Shown here: positions 40,723-53,400 of the stretch, piece by piece | Layout of the letters: every line of letters begins with the position of its first letter | How positions within the stretch are numbered: the stretch's first letter is position 1 | NCBI GenBank assembly: GCA_047967505.1 | Contig: CM106538.1 | Source of the DNA: Dipteris shenzhenensis | Taxonomy: Eukaryota | DNA: 64,000 bases | Direction: 5' to 3' (one strand) | The notes under the pieces: generated by a model | What the model was told of the DNA's origin: nothing | The model's input: the letters and a program-made list of their open reading frames with translations, nothing else | Database searches by the model: none | Translations under genes and position numbers: made by a program

Positions 40723-41512
40723 AATTTTTTTTTATAAAATTGTTTGTTTCATAAAAGATTGAACTTATCATGCTACACATGGACATAATGTTTTGCCAAC
40801 CATCATTGTATATCAATAGTTTGAACATATCTACTTAGTAGCTATTAATAATCAATAATTTTAGCAAGAGCATAATCAATGATACTGAAGGGGCATACTT
40901 ATTAGCTTCACATGAAGGGGAAAATTGTCCTAAACAAAGACAAAGAAGGGAGTCCTAGAGATTGGCCAAGCACTACACCAACACAATCCCTAGTTGAGCT
41001 CTAGGGGCTCCATCACACAAGTTTGTTCTTGCTCATGGTGACATGAAGGTGATCCATAATGGGTGTGCATAATGGTTATAAGGTAATCAATGATTTATTG
41101 TTTGTATTATTAAACGTTTTATTCATGTGCATTAATTATCCTTAATATCATATTAATTAGTCATTCCTTGATCATTTTGTGTACAAAATGGATCAATCAT
41201 ATGGATAGCAAAAATTTAGTGAGCTACAGAAAGTTTTTTTAGTGGGAATTTAGTAGAAGGAGCTTTCTGGTTCCCCTAATTTCATTTCTTTTTGTTCACT
41301 ACACAAAATTCTTACTTTGAGGCTCAAAGAAAGATAGCAAGAAAACCTCTAAGCTCACAAAGGTGTATGCTTTTAGTGTCCCTTTTCATGTCTTTTCCAT
41401 TCACAACTCAAAAAATGTTGTAAAAAAATGAAAAAGCCCTTTAAAAAAAATCCCCCCATATACACACATATATAGATAACCAGATAGCGAGTGCTTTCCA
41501 TTGAGGGGGGAA

Positions 41513-41555
<43 letters not shown>

Positions 41556-43589
41556 TAAATATTTCTCCCAAGTAAAGTTATATGTTGGTGTAGTTCATGG
41601 TTGTGTGTTCTATAATTTATAGGCTATAGATACACAAAGGTGGAAACACCTTCACAACAAGAACTTGATTATATGGGATGGCAGTCATAGGTTGGTTGCA
41701 TGGACACAAGCAATCTTGAAAGTGAGGAATGCCCCTCATTTTTGCATTGTTGTTTTATTGACATTATGTTTGTTCATGTGATGCTTGTTTATTGCATAGT
41801 GGGACAAATCCTAGAGAGACATCCAATGGTCCAATGCCAGGTGATTGCTTTCCACAAGGAAGACTAGACTAAGCTATTGATGTACCTAGAAAACCTGAAG
41901 AGATGAATTTTTTGCTTTTCGAGTTTGCATGGGTTTTATAGGGTAGTAATAGGTATTCTTGAGCTAGGAGTCTCAACCTTGTTATTGGTGCATTGCATAG
42001 AATCACCCATGTGCACATGCCTCAAATTTTTGGGCACAAAATCTTCTTATGCAAAAGTCCAATATGTCCAACTTGTACACATTGCTAGAGAAGCTCACAG
42101 ATGAGGGGAGCAGATGCGCTGAGAGCATAAGAACCTAAGATAGCTCCAAGGCAAGATGGTAAAATATTCCAATGAGCATGTTGAGAGTTCACGCTCAACA
42201 TCATGTGATCATGTGTGCATAGCACCATCACGTGATCATATGTGCATAGCACTAACCTTATAGAGTGCTATAAAGGAAAGGGTTAGATCCCCTAACCCTA
42301 ACCCTAAAAGGGTTTGTATATATTCTATTTTTTCAACTAATTCTAGTGTACAGTTAGTCATTTGTGGTGTGCTCTCTAGCTGTGCCCTCTCTCCTCATCT
42401 CCACTCTTCTCCTCTCCCCTCTTCATATTTTGTCATGGTATCAGAGCTCCCTTGTCTTCCGTTGAGACATTGTGATTCTTGAGAGTGTGAGAGAGATTGT
42501 GAGATTGAGAGTTCTCTTGAGTGATTGTGAGATCCTTCCCTTCACTTCCGTTGAGAGAAAATTCCGTCCATTAACTTTCTTGAGAGTTCTTTGAGAGATT
42601 GAGTATTCATTCTTCTAGAGAAAGAGAGAAAGATTTCAGTTGTTGTGAGTCTTGAGAGTTCATCTCTTTTGAGTGATTCTGAGATATTCAGCACCTTGCG
42701 AGATCTTGCGAGATCTGTTTTTTTTGGAGAGAGAGAGAGAGAGTTCTTCTTCATGCTACAACGGCCAATTCTCTATCAACGCACGCCTCCATAGAGGCAA
42801 TTGACTGCAGTGGGTGGGAGCGCCCTACGCCATCTCCAAGCCTAAAGCAAAGACAACGCCTCTGCCACCATCAACGGCCGCTCCAGTACCTCCAAATGCT
42901 AACAAGCTTACAAGAATAGCCGCTCCAACCGTATGAAGGTAGAAAATCGAGCTCCAAAGAGCTCTTATCAAGCTTTCGCAGCAATTGCTTGAAGACACTA
43001 CATAGTTTCTTCTTCGACCAGTGACTTCTCCAACCAACAGCCCTGCCACGGGCTGCTCCAACGCCAATAGCCAGCGGCCTTCTTCAACAACGAGCAGCGC
43101 CACTAAATGGATCTCCTGCCTCGTGAGCCTCTACAACAGACGACATGCTCCACGGCTCAACGAACTCCTCACTTTCATCGCAAGCTTCTCAGTGTCTCGG
43201 GAGAAACTGGGGCTTCTGGCGTCCTGAATCTCTCCACCGAACAAGGCTCAACCGCGACCGAACAAGGCTCTTAGCCTTCTTCAACAGCAACTACGGCTGG
43301 GCGACCTCTGCGTCAACACCCTCGCCGCACCAACGAGCAAGCACCTCCTACAATTAGCTCCAGCGAATAGCGACGGCCACCTCTCCAAGCAGCCATCAAA
43401 TGCACGATCTCCGCCAGAGCTCACGGGCTCCCTCGTCACATAGCGCCATCGCATCGTCGACGGAAATGAGGATGGAATCTACAAAGATTCTGTCAAAATC
43501 TTGAAAATTCGGTGGCCCTCCTTTTGACACGTGGCCTTATCACCAACCTTATCCACCCAGGGTCACCACACACACAGGTGTGGTCAAGG

Positions 43590-43910
43590 ATCAGCCACGT
43601 GGCACCCTTATCCACAGTGCCACGTCAGCACTGCCACGTCATCTGCCACGTCAGCACTGCCACATCATCTGGCCACGTCATCAGTGCCACGCCATCTGTG
43701 CCACATCATCAGTGCCACGTCATCAGGCCACGTCATCAGTGCCACCTCAGCAGTCCAGTCAGCACTGACCCCTGCAGGCACAGTCCCTTGCCAGGCACAC
43801 TGTGCACACACTGCATGTGCACACTCCTGCCACCTCAGCACAGAGCTTCACTGGCACACCTCTTGCTAAGCACAGTGACACATCATCACTGCATGTGACT
43901 CACAGTGACA
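43590..43910. repeat. GCCACGTCA(TC)AG short-repeat array in Copia-2 leader
   Basis: Repeated gccacgtcagcact / gccacgtcatcagt / gccacatcatc units. Confidence 0.8.
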
Positions 43911-44699
43911 CATCATCATTGAGCACCATTTGCACTCCTTTTGCCCCTCCACCTAGATCAAGTCATATCTCTTGATCCAGGAAGAATTTGAGGGTGCTCC
44001 AAAAAGGAAAGTCGCTCGATTTTTCGTGTTCTATGCGCTCGTTACATCACGCGCACATTTCGGTGCAAGTTACACTCACATTTGAGCCTCGCCGACAAAA
44101 CCACTTCCTTCACGCACATTTGCCTCTACATCGACGCATCTGACCCAGCACTTAAAAAGAACAAAGGAAAAGGAATTATTTGCTGCTCTTTCATCGATCG
44201 ACGGTTGGTTTAGATCTAGATCAGAGTAGACTAGATCGCCATAGAGGGGACGCTTTGAATTCCCCAAGTTGCCAATCTAAGCCATGCCCGAAATTCCCGA
44301 CTAGTACCTACTCGGAGTCAGTCCATACGCTCACATCCGATTTCACATCATTACATTACCGGAAACCTTACGTTCATCAGTTCAGTGAGCAGACTTCAGA
44401 GTTCAGAGGCATTGCAGATTGATTTAGTGGGCAGATAGCACTTGATTTCACACACACATGCCACCATTGTAAAGCCTATTTGGCTATCTCACGGCATCGT
44501 GCACATCATTTTTCAGCCTTGTAAAGCCTCTTGGCTATTCCCGGCATCATTGCCACAAGCCTTGTAACACAGATCAGATCTTATATACTGCAGTTCTATC
44601 TTCACCGACGGTACAGAGATTTCACTTGGCATCTTCAGTGTATTTGCAGTTGATTCATACAGAGTTTTTCAGGACATTTTTGAGTACATTGTTTGCACC

Positions 44700-47600
44700 A
44701 TGTCGACTAGCAACCTCAATCTGGAGGCATCTGCTAAGTTAGACAACTCCAATTACGGTACATGGAAATACCGAATGGAGACCATTCTTGTGCTTCAAGA
44801 CAAATGGGAGTATGTCGATGGATCCATACCTAGACCATTGGCCGATCCAGCCACCAGTAGCTCTACTCCATCTGTTGTCACAGCACCAGCAACGGGATCT
44901 ACATCGGGATCTACATCTACACAAACAGTTTCCGCATCAGTAGCAGATCCTACCATTGCCCGAGCTCAAGCAGAATGGGATAAGAAAGATAAGTATGCCT
45001 ATCACCTGATCAAGCAGAATGTGCAAGATGTCATGCTAGGACAGCTCAACACAGTCAAGACATCAAAAGAAGCATGGGATATGTTCGCAGCTCTCTACGA
45101 GTCCAAGAACACATCCAGGATTCTCACCTTGAGAAACCAGATCAACCAGAGTTTCCGCAATAGCAATGAAACCGGTCATGCTTATGTACTCCGCATCAAA
45201 GACTACAACAATCAACTTGCAGCAGCAGGAGAGACTATGAATCCCACAGAAATGGTTCAAGTAATCCTGAATGGACTAGGAGAAGGATATGAGAATCTAG
45301 TCCAGAGTATTGCCATCCAACGGCAAATTCCAACACTTGAAGAACTTCAGTCAGTTCTACTTGGTGAAGAACTCAGGACTCAGGCCATTCAAGCACGTAA
45401 AGGTCATTCTAATGATCAGGCATTCACAGCTTCAGACAGAAGCAGAGGCAAAGGCAGAAACAGAGGTAGATCATATCAGAAAAGTGGTCATCATCATCAA
45501 CAAAATCAAAGTCAGAATCAGCATCAGAATCAGCAGCATCCTCAGCAACATCAAAATCAGCAAAGAGGAAATCATTCCAACCGAGGAAGATTCCAAGGAC
45601 GAGGAAATGCATCCACCAATGTGTCAAACATTCAATGCAACTATTGTCACAAGTTTGGACACTATGAAAGAGATTGCCGCAAGAAGCAGTATGACCAAGG
45701 CGGTCAATCCAGCAGTAATCGAGGGAATTCCCGAGGAAGAGGAAATCATCGTGGTGGACATTCTAGTCACAGTCATTTTGCAAATGAACACGGCAATATG
45801 TTTCTTGCAAGTGAGGAATTGCATCAGACTGATACAATGCACCTAGACACTGATTTCAATCCCAAAGAGGATTTCAGCTATCAAGTCGACCAAGTGGAAC
45901 AGGATCCTTGGTACATTGACAGCGGTGCATCATCTCATATGACAAATCATCAGGAATGGTTCACAGAAATGAAGCCATTAGAAGGTCAAAAGAATGTCAT
46001 CTACACAGCAGACAATACACCGAATCCGGTTCAAGGGGACAGGTGTTATCCCTATGAACAATTTCACTAGTACAAAAGGATTAGTCAAAGATGTGCTCTA
46101 TGTTCCGAAGCTCAGCAAGAACCTTTTGTCAGTAGGTCAAATGACGGAACACAACTACAAAGTCATCTTCGATGGTGATGAATGCACTATCAGAGACAAA
46201 TCCAAACGAGGTCAGCTAGTAGCAAAAGGTGTCAAGGAAGGACGCTTATACAGGATGCTAGCTACAGTACCAGATAAGCATGCCATGTCAGCTCAAATGC
46301 AACAGATGCCACTATCCGCAAAATGGCACAAGAGATATGGTCATGTCAACTTCAAGTACTTGTTAGATCTAAGGAATCAAAATATGGCAATTGGGATTCC
46401 GAAGCTACAGTTTCTTGGAAAAGTTTGTGAAGCATGCTGCTTCGGCAAACAAAAGCGAACCAACTTTGTCAGAAGTACCTCTCGTGCACGAGGTATTCTT
46501 GATTTGATTCATACAGATGTATGGGGTTATGCCCAGACCCGCAGCATCAATGGTTCACTTTATTACTTGACCTTCATCGACGACTACAGCAGATATTGTT
46601 GGGTCTACTTTTTGAAAGAGAAATCTGAAGTATTTACCAGATTTCAAGAATTCAAAGCCATGGTAGAAAACCAGACAGGCAGAAAGATCAAGGTCATGAG
46701 ATCAGACAGAGGAGGTGAATACATGTCTTCAGCCTTCATGAACTTTTGCAAAACTCACGGCATTCGAAGACAATTCACATGTGCAGATACTCCTTAGCAA
46801 AATGCAATAGCTGAAAGGAAGAATGGGACTTTAGCAGACAGTGCTAGAGCAATGCTTAGTGAAAAGCATCTTCCGAATCAGTATTGGGCAGAAGCAATAG
46901 CTACAGCTAACTACTTGCTTAATCGGCTTCCTACCGAACCGATACAAGGTATGACTCCTTATGAAGCATTCACTGGACACAAGCCACGCATTGGGCATCT
47001 CCGCATATTTGGTTGCATAGCATATGCCCACATACATGATGATCATCGCAGGAAATTGGATGCGAAGTCACGCAAATGCATCATGGTTGGCTACAGTGAA
47101 GAAAGCAAAGCATACAAATTGTATGATCCCATCAACCGCAAAGTCATTATCTCCAGAGATGTAATCTTCGATGAGGAATCAGAATGGAAAACCTCACCTA
47201 CACAGGAGATAGAAGCCTCGACTTCACAGTCATCTACAGAACAGGTTGATGAAGAAGAGCAAGAATTGCCAGCAACACCCCAAGCAGTGCCACAGCAGCT
47301 CAGACGGTCTACTAGGGAAAGCAGACCACCAGCCAGATTGACATATGCTCAGAAAGGCAAAGCAATTCAGGTGGAAACCACCAACTATGCTCTTATGACT
47401 ACCATCATGGCTACAGAAGAGCCAGTGTACTTCGAAGACGCAGTAGACAAGCCAGAATGGCAAACTGCAATGAATGAAGAAATGGATGCTTTGTATAAAA
47501 ATAACACTTGGGAATTATGCGACCTTCCACCAGGAAAGAAGGCCATAGCCAACAAATGGGTATACAAAGTGAAGTACAATCCAGATGGCAGTATTCAGAG

Positions 47601-48986
47601 ATACAAAGCCAGATTAGTTGCAAAAGGATTTGCACAACAATATGGCCAAGATTATGATGAGACTTATGCTCCAGTAGCAAAGATGGATTCCATTCGGTTC
47701 TTGATATCACTAGCGACACTCAGTAAATGGAATGTGTATCAGCTCGATGTCAAGAATGCATTTCTCAATGGTTATCTAGACGAGGAAGTCTACATGCAAC
47801 AACCAGCCGGTTATGTTGAACCAGGAAAGGAGAACCAGGTTTGCCATCTCAAGAAAAGTCTCTACGGCTTAAAACAAGCACCCAGAAGTTGGTACAGCAG
47901 AATTGATAAGTATTTTGCTGATCTGGGATACATGAAGTCCAATGCCGATCATACTCTCTACTACAAAGTTCAAGGGGAAGATATTACTATTGCACTTTTG
48001 TACGTAGATGATCTGATTGTGACAGGAAGCAAGGATTTGCACTTTTGTACGTAGATGATCTGATTGTGACAGGAAGCAAGGATAGCTTCATCAGAAAATT
48101 AAAACAAGACTTATCTGCAGAGTTCGACATGAAAGATCTTGGACTTATGCACTATTGTCTTGGAATTGAGTTCTGGAGAGATTCAGATAGCACATTCATG
48201 AGTCAGCTCAAGTATGTTGACAGTCTCATGAAGAAGTTTCATATGGCAGATTGCAAGATTGCAGCCACTCCCATGGAACAGAGTTTGAAACTTACTAAAG
48301 ATTCAGAAAAGCCTACAGTCAATGACAGATACTACAGGCAACTCATTGGATCTCTTATATATCTGACAATCACACGGCCAGATATTTGTTATGCAGTAAG
48401 CTCACTAGCACAGTTTATGGCAAATCCAAAACAGTCTCACTGGAATGCAGCCAAAAGAGTCTTGAGATACATCAGAGGTACAAGACAATTTGGGATAGAA
48501 TACAGAGGAAGTCATCCACGGTTGCATGGATACTGTGACAGTGACTATGCTGGAGATCATGAGACCAGGAGATCGACACAGGGATATGCATTTTTCCTTG
48601 GTCAAGGTGCTATATCATGGTTGTCAAACAAACAGCCAACTGTTTCTTTGTCTTCGACTGAAGCAGAATATAGAGCACTCACTACAGGTGCATGTGAGGC
48701 TATATGGCTCAGAAGACTATTGTCAGAAACAGATTATTTTGATGAGTCAAAGCCAACAACAATATACTGTGATAATCAATCGGCTCAAGCATTGGCCAAA
48801 AATCCAGTATATCACTCCAGAACAAAGCACATTGATGTCAGAGAGCACTTCATCAGAGAAAGAGTGTTACTTGGTGACATCACACTGCAGCATTGTGATA
48901 GCAAAGAAAATGTTGCAGACATCTTTACCAAACCACTCGGTAAAGAGCTATTCGAGAAACACCGACTAGCTCTTGGTTTGATGTAG
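44700..48986 (+). pseudogene. Copia-2 gag-pol, nearly intact (three lesions)
   Basis: Gag with CNYCHKFGHYERDC; WYIDSGAS; integrase HTDVWG/RSDRGGEY; RT YVDD; RH CDSDYAG/RTKHID. Lesions: +1 in a G-run at ~46035, TAG at 46795, 47-bp duplication 47990-48083. Confidence 0.96.
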
Positions 48987-50469
48987 AGGAAGGACATTCT
49001 CATTAAAGGGGTGTGATGGAATGTAATGCTCAGTCCTTCTTCGATTCCCGAGAATCATCATCTTGAGGGAAGGCCTACTTCATGATGTTGATCTTGAGGG
49101 AAGGTGTTGAGAGTTCACGCTCAACATCATGTGATCATGTGTGCATAGCACCATCACGTGATCATATGTGCATAGCACTAACCTTATAGAGTGCTATAAA
49201 GGAAAGGGTTAGATCCCCTAACCCTAACCCTAAAAGGGTTTGTATATATTCTATTTTTTCAACTAATTCTAGTGTACAGTTAGTCATTTGTGGTGTGCTC
49301 TCTAGCTGTGCCCTCTCTCCTCATCTCCACTCTTCTCCTCTCCCCTCTTCATATTTTGTCAGAGCATACTTTGCAAGTTCATGTTCCACGTATGCCTCCA
49401 TTTTACTAGTTTGTAAATATTTCTCCCAAGTAAAGGTATATAATTGTTGAGATTCTATGTTGGTGCACTTCATGGTTGTGAATTATGTAATTTGTAGGCT
49501 ACAGATACACAAAGATGGAAACACCTTCACAACAAGAGCCTAATTGTATGGGATGGCAATCATAGGTTGGTTGCATGGACACAAGCAATCTTGAGAAGTG
49601 AGCAATACTCCCCATTTTTGCATTGCCATTTTATTAACATTATGTTTGCTAATGTGATGCTTGTTTATTGCATAATGGGACAAAATTGTAGAGGTATTCG
49701 AGTACCGAGTGATTGTTTTCCACAAGGAAGAGTAGGTTGAGATATTAATATAACTAGAAAACCTAAACAGATGACTTTTTCACTTTTTGAGCTTGCATGG
49801 GTTTTATAGGGTAGTAATAGGTATTCTTGAGCTAAGACTCACAACCTTGCTAGTGGTGCATTGCATAGAATCACCCATGTGCACATGCCTTGAATTGTCG
49901 ACACAAAATTTTCCTTATGCAAAATTCCAATACTTGTACACATTGCTAGAGAAGCTCACAAATGAGGGGAGGAGATGGGCAGAGAGCATAAGATCCCAGG
50001 ATAACTCCAAGGGGAACTCCCAATGAGCATACTTTGCCAATCCATGTTCCAGGTATGCTTTCATTTTGCTAGTTTCTCAATATGATTCTATAGGTATGCA
50101 TTCCATGTTGGAACTGTGGGGAGACATGAAGTGGATAAAGAACACAAGAGTGTAGTCCACACACAAATCTGCACTAAATAGTTCAACAATAGAAGTACAA
50201 GACTTGGGATATATATGAAACCCAAGTATAAAGTGAAAACCCTAGACTAGAATAACTTAGACCAAGTCTAGCCTACAATACCATACCATTGTATGTTCTA
50301 TCAAATCCCCCCTCAATGGTATGGCTGAAGTACTTTGGGAACTCCTTAGAAGTACCTAGGGTATCTAAAGTACCATGGTTGCACAAATTCATCCAACATG
50401 ATATAGCAACCTATGGGAGTATTACAAGAAAAACAATGTCATTTTACAAGCCCCCTTGATATTGTTGTA

Positions 50470-53400
50470 ATGTCTCTCATTCCCAAGCCTGTTCGATGAC
50501 ATACAAACACCTCTGCTGATAGGCTCTTAGTGAAGATATCTGCTACATTGTCCTCACATGGACAATAAATGAGGCTAATGATGCCATCTGCTATACAATC
50601 CTATATAAAGTGATAGTGATTTTCCACATGTTTCATGTGAGCATGAAAAATAGGATTGTTACCAATCTTTATGCAACTCTGACTGTCACACAAGATAGAG
50701 GTGATTGATCATCTTGTGAATGATGCAAGTCATAAAGTAGCTTCCTTAGCCATATGCATTCTGTAGTAGCTGCATTTGCTGCCTTATACTCCGCTTCACT
50801 AGAAGAAAGAGAGACCTTGGCCTGCTTCTTACTTAACCAACATATGCATGCGGAACCCAAAGAGAAACAATAGCTAGAAATGGATTTTTTATCATCAATG
50901 TCCCTTGACCAATCAGAATCTATGAAGCCACATAGATCAAGATCACAAGCATTGGTATAATGCATCCCAAGAGTAATAGTGCCATTCACATATCTGAGAA
51001 CACGCTTGGTGGGGGTGTGATTTTTTGGTGAGCTTTTTGTCATGAGCTTTTTTTCAATTTTCATGAATATTGCAAGCTTTTCATTCACCTGAGAGAGAGA
51101 GAGGGGGGGGGGGTTCATGGAGTGGGGTGGGTTGAAAGTTTGGGTTGTGGTTGCAGTTAAGAGGAGAGAGGGGGGGGAGGGGAGATAAAGGAAAGGGGGA
51201 GGGATGGGTGTATGGGTAAGGTGGCATGGAGAAGGGAGGGGAGGGGAGTTGGAACATATATTCAAAGAGGAGTGCAAGGAGGAGAGAGAGGATGAGGAAT
51301 GTGAAAGTTATGTTCATCTACTAAATGCAAAGGGGAAGGGAGAACATGTGGGAAATTTGTTCATTTTCAAAGTGTATAATTTGACAAGTTTGACCTCATA
51401 TTTGGATTCCTCGTCGAATTCCGGTCATTTTGAGTACCAACATGACCATATTCCGATAAAAAATTTAAAAATGGTGTTTTTGTCATGAATTCAGTTTTGG
51501 CCTTATTTGGGCCTATTTTGAATCTGCGCTAGCGCAGACTCAAAATAGGCCCAAAAAAGGCCAAAATGACAACAACACCATTTTTTCAATTTTTATCGGA
51601 ATATGGTCATGTTGGTACTCAAAATGACCGGAATTCAATGAGGAATCCAAATATGAGGTCAAAAGTTTCAAATTATACACTTTTAAAATGAACATATCTC
51701 CCATAGTTCCTCCCTTCTACTTTGAATATGGACATATCTTCCATAATTTTTTGCCTCCTACTGCCACTCACATCCGCCCCCCCTTGTGCATAGTATACAC
51801 TCTTCCACCCCTCCCACATGTTATGAAAATGAACATATCCTATATCCTCTCCTCCTCTTTCTAACCTCCCCATCTTTCTTATAACAAAAACACATATGGA
51901 TTTCTAAAAAAAGCTCGCAAAAAAAAAGGAAATGGTAAAAAAGCTCACATTAAAAAGCTCGCCAAAAGATTTTCCCCGCTTGGTGGCATTCCAATGAGTG
52001 ATAGTGGGACAATGCATAAACTAACTCAATGCTCCTATAGCATAAGCAATATCAAGCCTTGTGGAATGTAAATAGATAAGACTCCCCACCAACTGTCTAT
52101 ACAAAGTGCCATCAAACTTTTTAGCCTTATCATACTTAGATAGTTTGAGACCCTTCTCAAGAGGTGTAGCTACAGCCTTACTATTCTCCATGTGAAATCT
52201 CTATAATATACTCCTGGCATACTTAGTTTGGGACATGAAAATACCATCTTGAGTTTGCCAAAACTCAATGCCCAAACAATAGTGCAGTAAAACCAAGTCT
52301 GTCATATCAAATGACTGAGACAAAGCTGATTTTACTGATGCAATATTTCCCTCATCACTGCTAGTAAGCATGATATCATCCACATAAAGAATAAGAATGA
52401 TGATTTTTTATTTTTCTTGAAGCACATAGAGATTTGGCTCAGTATGAGTGCTAACAAAGCCCTGTGATAACAAGAACTGATGGATTTTATGGTACCAAGC
52501 CTGAGGTTCTTGTTTCAACCCATATAAAGCTTTGCAAAGCTTGCATACCTTTTGCTCCTATTCCTTAACCATAAAACCTTGGGGCTACTACACATAGACC
52601 TCTTCCTTTAGGTCTCCATTCAAGAAGACCGTCTTCACATCCATCTGATAAACAAGCCAACTTTAACTTGCAGCAAGAGAAATGACAGTCCGAATGGTTG
52701 TCATCTTGGCTACAGGAGCAAAAGTCTCCTCATAGTCAATTCCTTCCTCCTGACTATACCCCTTGGCAACTAAATGGGCTTTATGTTTCTCAACTATGCC
52801 ATCAGAATGATATTTCAACTTATAAATCCACTTGCCAACTACATTCTTCCCAATAGGGAGATCAACCAATTTCCAAGTGGCATTCTTTTCAATGGACTGA
52901 ATTTCAGATTTCATAGCATCTTCCCATAATGGGTGTCCCTGAGCATCCTCAAAACACTAAGGTCAGCTTCCATAACTGTGCTCATCAAGGCATAATTGAC
53001 CTGATTTTGTGCTTGCCTTGTACTAGACCTTGTTCTCCCCAACACAGGCTGATTTTGTGCATCCTGAATGGTAGCTCGAGCCCATCTAGGAAGGGGTTGA
53101 CTAGTTGCAGTAGGCTAAGACTGATCTGCAAATTTTACCCTCCTCCTTTCATAGACAATAGGCTGATTTTCATTGACTAATTTCTGAACTGAAATTTTAG
53201 AAGTGCTACCTTCATCAGTATGGGGAATTTTTCCAAATGTAGTGGAGGAAGAACTTGGTGTGTTAGACACATGTGATGGCATATCTTCTGACTCAAAATG
53301 AACAATATCCAAAGGTGTAGTGTCCTCAATGGGCATATGTAAATCATTAGGCATAAAGCAATCATTTTCATTGAAAGCAACATCTTTGCTTATGATAATT

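Larger units (their letters stand above)
42179..49361 (+). mobile_element. Full-length young Ty1/Copia LTR retrotransposon (Copia-2)
   Basis: 257-bp LTRs (42179-42435, 49105-49361) identical by eye; TSD gagca; PBS tggtatcagagc 42436-42447; PPT gagggaagg 49096-49104. Confidence 0.98.
41557..50085. repeat. Two diverged ~670-bp tandem units (41557-42178 + 49367-49416; 49417-50085), the first split by Copia-2
   Basis: 'aatatttctcccaagtaaag..gatacacaaag.tggaaacaccttcacaacaag..ccaatgagcatactttgc' present twice. Confidence 0.85.

Noticed and set aside
46030-46050. Programmed gag-pol frameshift in Copia-2
   Set aside because: It lies inside the protease after DSG, and one extra G in a G-run explains it. 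Copia gag-pol is normally a single frame.
50669-51277. 202-aa ORF as a novel fusion gene
   Set aside because: Chance read-through from the inserted foldback element into the Copia-3 RNase H frame.
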